Positions 34,909 through 44,170 of a DNA stretch of 55,746 bases are shown here, in pieces. The notes below the pieces were generated by a model that saw only the letters and a list, made by a program, of their open reading frames with translations, was not told the origin of the DNA and did not search any database. Both the position numbers and the translations under genes were made by a program. The DNA comes from Chthoniobacterales bacterium (GTDB taxonomy: Bacteria > Verrucomicrobiota > Verrucomicrobiia > Chthoniobacterales > JAFAMB01): assembly GCA_036378375.1 (NCBI GenBank), contig DASUWQ010000242.1, forward strand, positions 1 through 55,746. Direction: 5' to 3'. Every line of letters starts with the position of its first letter. Within the stretch, counting starts at the first letter, position 1.

Positions 34909-36354
34909 ATGAAAGCAGTAGAGCTCGGGCGCTCACGAGGACGTCTGCCCCCACCTGAGGGCTCGGACGGTCTTTTCGGTTGGACGGTTGTCATCCTGCT
35001 GCTTTGCGGTGTAGCCGTTGTTTGCTGGATCGGAACTTTCTACGTCTTCGATCACCCGGAACAGCCCTTCAACTACCAGCTGCTGGCTAAGCTCAACAAG
35101 GTGGTGCCGCCGAAGCGTTTCGAATTAACGGCTGCTCCAGCCGGAGAATTCCTGGGACCCGACAAACTGCTGGAGCGTTACGGGGCAATGACTGCCACCG
35201 GCCTCCAAGAAGAAAGCAATAATCTGGTTCGATCGTTTCTGCGCAACTACGACCACCAAGTAGGCAAAGTTCCGTACATAACCGGAAAATACACGGTTCT
35301 GGACGCCTTCCCTATGAGCGAAAATCAATACTTCGGCAGCGGAGTAGTGGCGTTGGCGCAATCAAACGACGTCCCCACGATTTACGTGGAAGCGGTCTTC
35401 CCCGGACCAAAAGAACAGCTGGCCAGCATGCAGCGGGTGTTGGTCACCGGGTTAGGGTTGGAATTGCGACGGTCGTTTGACCTGACCGCCATCGTTCATA
35501 TCACGAACCTAGGCGGCGGACGTCTGCTATTCACCTGTATGCCGTTGCTTTACTCTTCCTACGGCCAGAGCGGGAGCAGCTTCCAGCTTGAACCTCCTGC
35601 GGCCCTTTATGTAAAGGCCGGGTTACCCTTAGTGAGCAACAACCAGTTTGAAGCGGCCGAAACCCGGTTTGCCCAATATCGGCGAGCTGCCGGCTCGCAG
35701 GTGGCATCGACCAATGCTCCTTCCACAAAAGTTCCCTCGAGCAACGCTTCGCCTAGCGCCTCGGTCTCTAACGGCGCTACTCTGGTGGCCGCCTTGCGCG
35801 CCGCACCGGTGTCAACTCCGACGCCCGCTCTGGTGGTGAAGCAGCCTCACGCCAGCCCTACCCCGAAACAGCCGGTGGCAGCCGCAACACCGGCGAATCG
35901 TCCTACCGCTTCACCGACTCCGACCGCCCCGGCGGTTGCTGAAACCACTCCTCAACCCTTTTTGGCGGCTTCAGCCAGTCCCGGAACGGGTAACCGAATT
36001 GGAAGCTGGCAGCTTTTTAAGCCCGGTTTCATGCCAAGAGGCCGATTGTTCGATGTAAGCCAGACTGCTGAGCTCGCCGACAAAGGAATCGGTACGGAGC
36101 CGATCTACCTCAAAGGCGAGTTCACGGTTACTGCGGCCCGAGAGAATCGCGCCGTCTTACGGCCGAAATCCGAGTCAAGCAACGCGCCGGGTGCGAGCAT
36201 CCGAATTATCGTAGAGTTTCCGAAAGGTGGCAATGTTCCTAAGGAAGGAGATCCGGTCGCCAGATTGAATGATCGTCCCTTCCAGATCGAGGATGTTCGA
36301 AAAGGCGCTGACGGTCAGGTGAATATCTACGTCCGAGAAATCACCGTAGAATAG
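34909..36354 (+). CDS. Membrane-anchored hypothetical protein with Pro/Ala/Thr-rich linker
   Basis: 481-aa ORF with one N-terminal TM (WTVVILLLCGVAVVCWIGTFYVF) and a low-complexity PTPALVVKQPHASPTPKQPVAAATPANRPTASPTPTAP region. Confidence 0.6.
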   Translation: MKAVELGRSRGRLPPPEGSDGLFGWTVVILLLCGVAVVCWIGTFYVFDHPEQPFNYQLLAKLNKVVPPKRFELTAAPAGEFLGPDKLLERYGAMTATGLQEESNNLVRSFLRNYDHQVGKVPYITGKYTVLDAFPMSENQYFGSGVVALAQSNDVPTIYVEAVFPGPKEQLASMQRVLVTGLGLELRRSFDLTAIVHITNLGGGRLLFTCMPLLYSSYGQSGSSFQLEPPAALYVKAGLPLVSNNQFEAAETRFAQYRRAAGSQVASTNAPSTKVPSSNASPSASVSNGATLVAALRAAPVSTPTPALVVKQPHASPTPKQPVAAATPANRPTASPTPTAPAVAETTPQPFLAASASPGTGNRIGSWQLFKPGFMPRGRLFDVSQTAELADKGIGTEPIYLKGEFTVTAARENRAVLRPKSESSNAPGASIRIIVEFPKGGNVPKEGDPVARLNDRPFQIEDVRKGADGQVNIYVREITVE

Positions 36355-36446
36355 GAGTCAGGAGCCAGAATCCAGGAGCCAGGAGATCCGAATTCCATGC
36401 TAAGCAGGTCGAAGGACCTCCTGGCTTCTGGATTCTGGCTCCTATT
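36353..36446. repeat. Palindromic GGAGCCAGAATCCAGGAGCCAG-family element between convergent genes (possible bidirectional terminator)
   Basis: The arms are AGGAGTCAGGAGCCAGAATCCAGGAGCCAGGAG and CTCCTGGCTTCTGGATTCTGGCTCCTAT. The element spans the gap between the stops at 36354 and 36448. Confidence 0.7.
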
Positions 36447-36447
36447 C

Positions 36448-37599
36448 TTAGTACACGTCCCTCTTATAACGCTTCTCTTTTCGCAGGGCCTCGACGTACT
36501 CGGCAGCTTGCTCGGGAGTTTTGCCCCCATGTTTTTCGACGACTTGATGCAAAGCTACATCCACGTCTTTTGCCATCCGCGCTGCGTCGCCGCAGACAAA
36601 GAAGTGGGCGCCGGATTCCAGCCAATCGAAAATCTCCTTGCTGTTTTCGAGGATTCGATGTTGGACGTAAATTTTGTTCGCTTGGTCTCGGGAGAAAGCG
36701 GTGTCAAACCTCGTTAAAACACCCTCCTTCTGCAGCCCTTCAAGCTGTTCCTTGTAAAAGAAGTCGCAGTTGTGACGCTGTTCGCCAAAGAAGAGCCAGT
36801 TCTTCCCTGATGCGCCTAGTGCCTTTCGTTCCTCGAGATACGCTCGGAAGGGAGCTAATCCCGTGCCGGGCCCGATCATAATGATCGGTGTCGAAGGATC
36901 CTCCGGAAGACGGAATCCTTTGGCGACGTGCACGAACATCGGCACTTCTGCTCCGACCGCGATACGATCCGCCAGATAAGTGGTCGCGACACCCTCACGC
37001 TTCCGGCCATGGCTCTCATAACGGACCGACGCAACCATCAAGTGTACCTCTTCCGGGTGAGCCCTCAGGCTGGACGCGATTGAATACAGCCGCGGCTGAA
37101 GCTTTCGCAGGGTGCGCACGAATTCTTCGACCGTTAAGCGAAGAGAAGGGTTATCCAGAAGAAAATCGACAATTTCCAGTCCCCAAAGATAATTATCCAG
37201 ATCCCGTTTTCGTTCCGGATCCAGCAATTCCTTTAGCTCCGCTCTCGTGGCCGAGCGTTCAGCGATCAACTCGAGGAATTGTTTCGAAGGTTGCGTGATT
37301 TGAAAGTAGTGAAGTAGACCTTCGCGTAGCGTAAAGGTCTCGCCCTCTTTAGTGGTCACACTTTCGCCGCCAGAAAAATGGAGAGCCTCCAAAAGGTCTT
37401 CTACCAGTTTGGGATTGTTTTTCGCGAAGATCCCCATGGAATCTCCCGGCTCGTATTGCATTCCGGACCCCGCTAACGAGAACTCATAGTGCCGCGTCTC
37501 TTTCTCCGAACCTGAGAGCGTCAATGTCTGGCTAACCACAAGTTTGGCAGGAAAAGGGTTCTTTCGAGAGTACGGCGGCGCCTGCGGAGTTGTTGACAT
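36448..37599 (-). CDS. CysJ-like FAD/NADPH oxidoreductase (diflavin-reductase FNR-type module, no flavodoxin domain)
   Basis: RLYSIASS FAD motif and GPGTGLAPFR NADPH motif, ending in RYKRDVY. The ATG at 37599 (MSTTPQ) is preferred, because the 46 extra ORF-track codons run through a repeat. Confidence 0.85.
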   Translation of the reverse strand: MSTTPQAPPYSRKNPFPAKLVVSQTLTLSGSEKETRHYEFSLAGSGMQYEPGDSMGIFAKNNPKLVEDLLEALHFSGGESVTTKEGETFTLREGLLHYFQITQPSKQFLELIAERSATRAELKELLDPERKRDLDNYLWGLEIVDFLLDNPSLRLTVEEFVRTLRKLQPRLYSIASSLRAHPEEVHLMVASVRYESHGRKREGVATTYLADRIAVGAEVPMFVHVAKGFRLPEDPSTPIIMIGPGTGLAPFRAYLEERKALGASGKNWLFFGEQRHNCDFFYKEQLEGLQKEGVLTRFDTAFSRDQANKIYVQHRILENSKEIFDWLESGAHFFVCGDAARMAKDVDVALHQVVEKHGGKTPEQAAEYVEALRKEKRYKRDVY

Positions 37600-37660
37600 A
37601 AACCGACGACAGTATTGGAGGAGTTCGCGGAGTTCAAGGGGCGTATAAGCGCCCGCTAGC

Positions 37661-37778
37661 AGCGGAGATAGTGGACTGAGTGGACCTAGTCGACGGAGTA
37701 GACGTAGTGGACACATTAATCGCGGCTGTCGCTGCATCGGACGCGCCCACTCCGCCCACTCCGCCCACTCCGTCCACT
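37661..37778. repeat. GTGGAC / CCACTCCGCCCACTCC repeat element
   Basis: AGTGGACTGAGTGGACC...GTAGTGGAC is opposed to CCCACTCCGCCCACTCCGCCCACTCCGTCCACT. Confidence 0.65.
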
Positions 37779-37795
37779 GAACGCGCCGACACGCC

Positions 37796-38743
37796 CTACC
37801 CCACTGTCTTGACTAACGGCCCCAACAGATCCTCGATGCCGACCACGCCGATCGGGTGGTTTTCACCGTCGACCACCAGTGCAAGGGTCTGCGGAAACGC
37901 TGCTCTCAACCGGTGTAATGCCATCGATGCGGGCTCATCTTCGCGCACGACTAACATGCGGTGTAGATAGGCGTCGGCATTTTCTCCTGGCGTTTTGTCC
38001 AGGATAACGTCAAAGACGTTGACCAAACCAACGATCTCCCCTTGGTCAGTCGCCAAGGGTAACGAATCAAAACGTGTCTGTAGGAACAGTTCGATAACTT
38101 CGTCCACCGGCGTCCCCATTCTTAACGTCACCACCCGGTCACGTTTAACCATCACGTCCTTGACCCGCACGGCACGAAAATCGACCACGTTGTGGATCAT
38201 CTGACGTTCGATGCTGCTTAATATCCCCATTTTTTCGATCGACCTCGTCACCGACTTCAGATCTTCTCGCGCCACGAAGACTTCCTGTGGCCGCTTCAGC
38301 CGGAAAATGTGAACTGCGCACCAGGAGCCGGCTGCCATCAATGGGGTCAGCGCCAAAGAGGCTATCTCCAGGAGCACGGCTATAGAGGCGAGAGCCTGGT
38401 ACGGAAAGCGCCGGAAAAACGACTTCGGCAACATCTCGGTCACAATCAGGAAGATCGGAAAAGCGACTAAAATGGCGCAGAGATATCCCCACCCTTTAAA
38501 CTCATGCACGAACCACGAAGTCAGAATCAGGACCGCAATGATATTTGCGAGGCCGGTAACACAAAGGACGGTGATAAATAAGCGGGACGGTTCCTCCACC
38601 AGGCGCCAGAGGCGGACCGCGTGTGCATCCCCACTCCGCGATAACTGCCTCAATCGCAAGCGATTAAGCGACAGCAAACCCGCTTCGGTTCCCGAAAAGA
38701 CAAATGAAACTGCCAGGCAAACGATGAATAAAAGCCAAATCAT
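37796..38743 (-). CDS. CNNM/DUF21 transmembrane protein with CBS pair (no CorC_HlyC domain)
   Basis: N-terminal DUF21 pattern (FSGTEAGLLSLNRLRL) followed by CBS-pair-like VKDVM...VVTL / ...VVDGENHPIGVVGIEDLL. Confidence 0.8.
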   Translation of the reverse strand: MIWLLFIVCLAVSFVFSGTEAGLLSLNRLRLRQLSRSGDAHAVRLWRLVEEPSRLFITVLCVTGLANIIAVLILTSWFVHEFKGWGYLCAILVAFPIFLIVTEMLPKSFFRRFPYQALASIAVLLEIASLALTPLMAAGSWCAVHIFRLKRPQEVFVAREDLKSVTRSIEKMGILSSIERQMIHNVVDFRAVRVKDVMVKRDRVVTLRMGTPVDEVIELFLQTRFDSLPLATDQGEIVGLVNVFDVILDKTPGENADAYLHRMLVVREDEPASMALHRLRAAFPQTLALVVDGENHPIGVVGIEDLLGPLVKTVG

Positions 38744-40020
38744 GCCGCCTGCGCAGCCTCCTTTTTCTCCAGACGCCGCAGTTTCACTTCGACGACTCGC
38801 CGGCGAGTACTTTGGCGAACTTCCAGGTCCAATGGCGGCACTTGGACTTTCTCCCCCGAACGCGGCACATACCCGAGGCGATTGAAAATCAGCCCGTTGA
38901 GGGTGTCGAATTCTTCGGTGTCAAAATCAAGATGCAGCGCTTCCTCGAGGTCTTCCAAACGAACGCTACCGCACGCTAACCAGGCGCCATTGCCTAGCTC
39001 CTCAAGATAGAGTTCTTCGTCTCCTCGCGGCGCCACATCAGCCAGGATCTCGTCCAGAATATCGCTCATGGTTACGACCCCTTCCGTGCCGCCGAATTCG
39101 TCGATCACGATCGCCAATCTTTGGGGATGCTTTAAGAATGCGCGCAATAGATCCAAAGCGCGCATGGTCTCCGGCACAAACGACGGGACATCGACCTTCT
39201 CCGCATAATGTTCGGACGGATCGGCTAGAAAAGCTTTGACATCCAAGATGCCTAAGATTTCGTCCGGGCTATCGCCAAAAACCGGCACCCGACCACGGCG
39301 TTTGATTCGGAGCCGCTGGATGACGTCTTCATTCGTCATCGAGTCGCTGATGAAAAAAGCGTCAACCCGAGGCGTCATACAATCTTTGACGGACTTGTTC
39401 CCTAGTTTGATGATCGCCTCGATCATCTCTTGCTCGTCCGCCCGAAGCTGGCCCTGTTCGGCGCTCAATTCTACGAGGGCAATGAGTTCCTCATCATTGA
39501 ATTGCTCGGCTCTTTCAAGCTTCGTAGGCAGGAAAAAACTGGCAATGACTTCAGAAGCTCGTTGGGTAAGTCGAGACAGGGGACCGAAGACCGGCAGCAA
39601 AAATCGCAAGAGCATGATCGCTTGCCGCGCGAACTGAAATGGGTCACGCAACGCCAGCATCTTCGGCACCAGGTCGCAGCCGACGACGATCAACGCAAAC
39701 AGGAACAACGTCTTGACCCAATAAGGGATTGGAATCGTAATCGATGTGACGATCGCAACGGTCAGAATGATCAGTAAGATATTTACTAGGGTGTCTACCA
39801 GCAGGATCACGCTGAGCACCTCTCTGGGATTCTTCATCAGACGCTCGAATTGCTCGACTCGTTTCGGATCCTGCTTCCGCCAACGATGCAGTCGCCATTC
39901 CCGGATCGAGAAAAGCGCGGTCTCGATGCCCGAAATAAAAGCCGACAAAACCGCCAGTATTATGAGACCGGCAACTGCTACTAGGGCTACGTCCAATGGC
40001 ATAAGTCCTTCAGCCTGCAT
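38740..40020 (-). CDS. HlyC/CorC-family transporter (DUF21, CBS pair, CorC_HlyC)
   Basis: FISGIETALFS, CBS pair (VKDCMTPRVD..., VIDEFGGTEGVVTMSDILDEI), and a C-terminal transporter-associated domain. It overlaps the downstream gene by 4 nt. Confidence 0.85.
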   Translation of the reverse strand: MQAEGLMPLDVALVAVAGLIILAVLSAFISGIETALFSIREWRLHRWRKQDPKRVEQFERLMKNPREVLSVILLVDTLVNILLIILTVAIVTSITIPIPYWVKTLFLFALIVVGCDLVPKMLALRDPFQFARQAIMLLRFLLPVFGPLSRLTQRASEVIASFFLPTKLERAEQFNDEELIALVELSAEQGQLRADEQEMIEAIIKLGNKSVKDCMTPRVDAFFISDSMTNEDVIQRLRIKRRGRVPVFGDSPDEILGILDVKAFLADPSEHYAEKVDVPSFVPETMRALDLLRAFLKHPQRLAIVIDEFGGTEGVVTMSDILDEILADVAPRGDEELYLEELGNGAWLACGSVRLEDLEEALHLDFDTEEFDTLNGLIFNRLGYVPRSGEKVQVPPLDLEVRQSTRRRVVEVKLRRLEKKEAAQAA

Positions 40021-40306
40021 CGCTCATACAGCAGCTGTCGGGCCTCTGAATCTACCAGCTGATTTTTGCATTTTGCAGGCTAGAGGCATCTGTCGCATTG
40101 TCTGTGTGCTTAGACAGGATACCAAGAAAAATTCCGCACTCTTGAAATTTCTCATCAAACTCTCTTTAAATAGACCGTGAAGTCCCTATTTAAAGGGACA
40201 TTAAGCTGGCAAACCCGCGCTGCTGCCCGCTCGCTCCAGCGCCAGCCGAAGGGTTAACGGTGCGCTTTCAGCTGTGGTTTTGCTGGGTTAGGATCAGAGG
40301 TCACGT

Positions 40307-40756
40307 ATGAAGAAAGGAGATCGGATCGAAGCCTTGGCCCGCGAACTCGCCATCGGGGACGAAGATGATGTTTATTTCCGAGGCTATTTCTTGCTTTTTA
40401 ATCGGCAGGAATACTACCAAGCGCACGATTTATTGGAACACATCTGGCTCCAAACTGAGGGCCCGGAAGCCGCTTTTTACAAAGGACTCATTCAACTAGC
40501 GGGAGCATTCGTGCATTTGCAGAAACAGTTTCGCCGACCTTTGCATCCCACAGACGGTCGCCGGCTGCATCCGGCCTGGCGACTCTTCAAACTGGCCAAA
40601 AAAAACCTGAAGCTGTTCCCTTCGGAGTACCTCGGCCTAAAGGTCGATCAAATTCTTGGCCTCTGCGATTCGCAAATCGGGGCTCTGGAACACGCCCATT
40701 TTAAAACCAATCCATGGAACCCAAGCAATGCTCCAAAACTGGCGGCACCCACTTAG
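40307..40756 (+). CDS. DUF309 domain protein
   Basis: FRGYFLLFNRQEYYQAHDLLEHIWL is the characteristic DUF309 motif. Confidence 0.7.
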   Translation: MKKGDRIEALARELAIGDEDDVYFRGYFLLFNRQEYYQAHDLLEHIWLQTEGPEAAFYKGLIQLAGAFVHLQKQFRRPLHPTDGRRLHPAWRLFKLAKKNLKLFPSEYLGLKVDQILGLCDSQIGALEHAHFKTNPWNPSNAPKLAAPT

Positions 40757-40802
40757 CAACCTTCGCGCCAAAATGACTACTCGAAGGCGTTCCAGTGGAC
40801 GT

Positions 40803-41084
40803 GGTAGGGCGAGGCTCCCGAAAGAGCTAAACGTGGCCGCAACGCGAGATCGCGTCTCGACGCTATATGGCACGAAACCCCTGAAAGCTGCCGATGTGTC
40901 CGACGTAGCTTTGTTCGATCATCAAAGTGTCAAAGCTCCAAAACTGGCGAAGTCGGAGCCGGGGGACGCGCAACCATGGCTCGGCAGCTCTCCGACGATG
41001 CCCGCGATAGACCGCGCGCGCGCGCAGACGACCGTCATTTTGCCTTGCGACCCTTTTTCGGTCTTTCCGGAGCCTCGCCCTACC
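40803..41084. repeat. 282-bp element bounded by inverted repeats (GGTAGGGCGAGGCTCCCGAAAG family), copy C
   Basis: The left arm is GGTAGGGCGAGGCTCCCGAAAG and the right arm is CTTTCCGGAGCCTCGCCCTACC. The termini are related to those at 56-81 and 19810-19890. Its length is close to the elements at 3692 and 27977. Confidence 0.75.
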
Positions 41085-41136
41085 ATGCGCCCTTGAACTC
41101 CTCAAACTCCTCCATAAACTGAGCGCGATTCCCACC

Positions 41137-42078
41137 ATGGCAGCACTCGTTCGGACTTCTATTTTGTTGGTTGTAGCCTTATTGCCCATTGCGGTGAAGG
41201 CGCAGTTGGCGGCCGCGTACGTTCTCGCGGATCATACCAGCGGTTACATTCTTGAATCTTATAAAGGCGATCAGAAACGCCAGATCGCCAGCCTCACTAA
41301 GATCGCGACCGCCAAAGTAGTTTTGGATTGGGCAGCGAGCACCGGGACCGATCTGAGCCAATTGATTTCTATTCCGCCCCAGGCAATTCGCCCGTATGGC
41401 ACCAATCCCATCGGGCTTCAACCCGACGATCAGATGAGCTATCGCGATCTCATTTACTCCGCGATGATGGAATCCGACGGGACAGCCGCTTATGCCTTGG
41501 CCTATACGGTTGGTGCTTCGCTGCGGGCGCGAGGAGCAGGATCCCTAAGCGAACTCGGGCCCACCGAAGCCTTCGTTACTCAAATGAATGCGTTAGCCCG
41601 TCAACTGGGTATGGAAAAGACGCTCTTCGTGAATCCCGACGGCATAGAACCCGAGAAAGGGCCGCAGCCCTACTCAACAGCTGCCGACGTGGTAAAGCTC
41701 GTCGCTTACGCGATGAACGACGCCGGTTTTCGCTTTTACGTCTCTCAAAAGGAACGGAAGGTCAATTTCAGTCGCGGCGGCCAAAACCTGGGATATCTGC
41801 TGCGAAACACGAATGAATTAGTAGGTAGCAACGGAATTGACGGCGTTAAGACCGGTACGACGGCCAGGGCCGGGCAGTGTATCGCTCTGTCTTCCCAAAG
41901 AGACCCGGAGATTCGCAAAGAAGGCGAGACGACTTATGTTACTCCCCGACGGGTTGATATCGTGATATTGGGAGCAGCCGACCGATTTTCCGTGGCGCAG
42001 CAACTCTTAGGGAGAGCCTGGGGTTTATACGACCAGTGGGCCGCGGCCGGCAGGCCCACGCAGATTTCGAAGCACTGA
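41137..42078 (+). CDS. D-alanyl-D-alanine carboxypeptidase (S11 penicillin-binding protein family)
   Basis: Signal peptide, SxxK motif ASLTKIAT and KTG motif VKTGTT. Confidence 0.85.
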   Translation: MAALVRTSILLVVALLPIAVKAQLAAAYVLADHTSGYILESYKGDQKRQIASLTKIATAKVVLDWAASTGTDLSQLISIPPQAIRPYGTNPIGLQPDDQMSYRDLIYSAMMESDGTAAYALAYTVGASLRARGAGSLSELGPTEAFVTQMNALARQLGMEKTLFVNPDGIEPEKGPQPYSTAADVVKLVAYAMNDAGFRFYVSQKERKVNFSRGGQNLGYLLRNTNELVGSNGIDGVKTGTTARAGQCIALSSQRDPEIRKEGETTYVTPRRVDIVILGAADRFSVAQQLLGRAWGLYDQWAAAGRPTQISKH

Positions 42079-42084
42079 TTGCCT

Positions 42085-43167
42085 ATGTACCAGAGGAGAA
42101 TTGGCATACTGACGAGCGGCGGAGACTGTCCCGGCCTAAATGCCGTGCTCCGCGGCGTTACCAAAGCAGCGGAAAAATTGAATTGGCAAGTTATTGGTTT
42201 TCGAGACGGGTTCGAAGGGCTACTTCCTCCTTGCCAGTATACAATCCTCGACCGGGCCACGACCGCCGGAATCATGCAACTCGGCGGCACGATCCTCGGC
42301 ACCACGAACAAGGGACACTTTGTTGCCAAAGTCGGCAGCGGCGAAAAAACGACGGTCCCAAAAGAGGTAATCGATAGCGCCCGAGCAACACTCGCGGAGC
42401 TCGGCATAGAGGGCCTGATTGTGGTGGGTGGGGACGGTTCTTTGACGACTGCGCTCCAGCTTTACGAACAAGGCTTTTCCGTGATCGGCGTACCGAAAAC
42501 GATCGACAATGACCTGGAAGCGACGGCGATGACGTTCGGGTTTTACTCGGCGGTTAGCTGCGTAACGGATGCGCTCGATCGTCTACACTCGACTGCTGCT
42601 AGTCACAAGCGGGCGATGGTGCTGGAGGTAATGGGGCGGCATACCGGTTGGATTGCGCTTCATGGCGGGATCAGCGGAGGCGCCGATATTGTTTTATTAC
42701 CAGAGATTCCGTTCGACTGGGAAAAAGTCGCAGACGTCGTCCGCAGACGCGACGCAGACGGCTACCAAAGCACCATGATCGTCGTCGCTGAAGGCGCTCG
42801 CCCTAAAGACGGCATCCAGCATTACCAGGCGACTCAGGGCGCTGAACACCATTTCGGAGGAGTCGGCGCGATCGTAGCCCAGCAAATAGCGGAACGTACC
42901 GGCAAAGAGACTCGCTACTGCATTCTGGGGCATTTGCAGCGCGGCGGCACGCCAGGCCCACTCGATCGAATTCTGGCCACGCGTTTCGGCGTGAAAGCCG
43001 TGAATCTGATTCAGGAAGAAAAATTCGGCCGGATGGTGAGCTATCAACATTACGAGATTGCCGACGTACCTATTGAAGACGCGGTCCATCAGTTGCGTGT
43101 GGTCGATCCCAGTAACCAGTTGGTAGAAATGGCCCGTTCCGTAGATATTAGTTTTGGGGACCAGTAG
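42085..43167 (+). CDS. pfkA: 6-phosphofructokinase (PfkA family; phosphoryl donor not determinable by eye)
   Basis: RIGILTSGGDCPGLNAV, VVGGDGS, PKTIDNDL, VMGRHTGW and GHLQRGG. The ORF-track start at 42079 is TTG. Confidence 0.9.
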   Translation: MYQRRIGILTSGGDCPGLNAVLRGVTKAAEKLNWQVIGFRDGFEGLLPPCQYTILDRATTAGIMQLGGTILGTTNKGHFVAKVGSGEKTTVPKEVIDSARATLAELGIEGLIVVGGDGSLTTALQLYEQGFSVIGVPKTIDNDLEATAMTFGFYSAVSCVTDALDRLHSTAASHKRAMVLEVMGRHTGWIALHGGISGGADIVLLPEIPFDWEKVADVVRRRDADGYQSTMIVVAEGARPKDGIQHYQATQGAEHHFGGVGAIVAQQIAERTGKETRYCILGHLQRGGTPGPLDRILATRFGVKAVNLIQEEKFGRMVSYQHYEIADVPIEDAVHQLRVVDPSNQLVEMARSVDISFGDQ

Positions 43168-43192
43168 GCGGCTCTTGCTGTTGGCGCCCGGA

Positions 43193-44170
43193 TTATCGAC
43201 GTGATCTGGCTACCGTAACGGCAAGGATAATGATCACTCCTCGAGCGATCAATTGCTGGCTGAACTCGAGTCCCATGAGGATTAGACCGTTGTTGATAAG
43301 GCCGATCATAAGCGCTCCAACAATCGAACCGATGACCGAACCGAAACCGCCAAACAGACTTGTGCCTCCGAGCACGGCCGCCGCGATTACCGAAAGCTCA
43401 TCACCCTCACCGAGTTGAAAGCGGCCAGATCGCAACCGTCCGGCATAAAGCATACCCGCTACTGCTGCAGCGACGCTGGAAATGATCAATACCTGTAACT
43501 TGATATTTCGGGTGTTGATGCCCGTAAATCTCGCGGCCGTTTCGCTCCCTCCGGTCGCCAACACCTTTCGTCCAAAGCTTGTTTTCCGAAGCGCTATATG
43601 CCCGACAATGCCTATGACGAGCGCCCAAACCAGCAAGACCGGCACCGGCCCCAGATTACCAGAGCCGAAGCTAAGGTAGTAGTTCCGGTCAAGGATCGGG
43701 ATTGCCGCAGTATTGCTGATCCACATAGCTGTTCCCCTGGCGATTCCCATCATTGCCAACGTCACTAGAAATGAAGGGATACCGATCCGAGTCGTTAATA
43801 ACCCGTTAACCAAACCGACTAGAGTCCCTGTGAGGACTCCACAACAAATCCCGCCAACCAAGCCGAATTTGGCTAGACTCATCGCAGTGGTCACTGAGAC
43901 CAGCCCGGCTACCGCTCCGATCGCGAGATCGATTTCGCCCGCGGACAAGACGAATGTCATTGCCACCGCCATCACGGCAATCATCGCGGTCTGCCGGACG
44001 ATATTTAGCAGGTTATTCGGATCGAGAAACCCTTTGCCGCTCAGAGTCAGCGAGAAAAAAATGAAAATTACGATAAACCCTGCATAAATGACGTATTGCC
44101 GCCATTCCTCCAGGGCACGCCGGAATGAAGACGTGTTGTCCGCCGGCTCATCTACCTTCTCGTCCATCAT
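43193..44170 (-). CDS. Sugar ABC transporter permease (RbsC/AraH-like)
   Basis: Multi-TM protein of the ribose/monosaccharide permease type. The ATG at 44170 overlaps the ATPase stop (ATGA). Confidence 0.85.
   Translation of the reverse strand: MMDEKVDEPADNTSSFRRALEEWRQYVIYAGFIVIFIFFSLTLSGKGFLDPNNLLNIVRQTAMIAVMAVAMTFVLSAGEIDLAIGAVAGLVSVTTAMSLAKFGLVGGICCGVLTGTLVGLVNGLLTTRIGIPSFLVTLAMMGIARGTAMWISNTAAIPILDRNYYLSFGSGNLGPVPVLLVWALVIGIVGHIALRKTSFGRKVLATGGSETAARFTGINTRNIKLQVLIISSVAAAVAGMLYAGRLRSGRFQLGEGDELSVIAAAVLGGTSLFGGFGSVIGSIVGALMIGLINNGLILMGLEFSQQLIARGVIIILAVTVARSRR

Noticed and set aside
37600-37737. 46-codon N-terminal extension of the CysJ-like ORF (contains LGPLSPLSPL)
   Set aside because: The distal part of the extension runs into the GTGGAC/CCACTCC repeat element. 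The internal ATG at 37599 gives a sensible start, MSTTPQAPPYSRKNPFP.
40868-40883. TGGCACGAAACCCCTG, a sigma-54 -24-like hit
   Set aside because: No TTGC-like -12 element lies at the required spacing, and the site is inside repeat element C.
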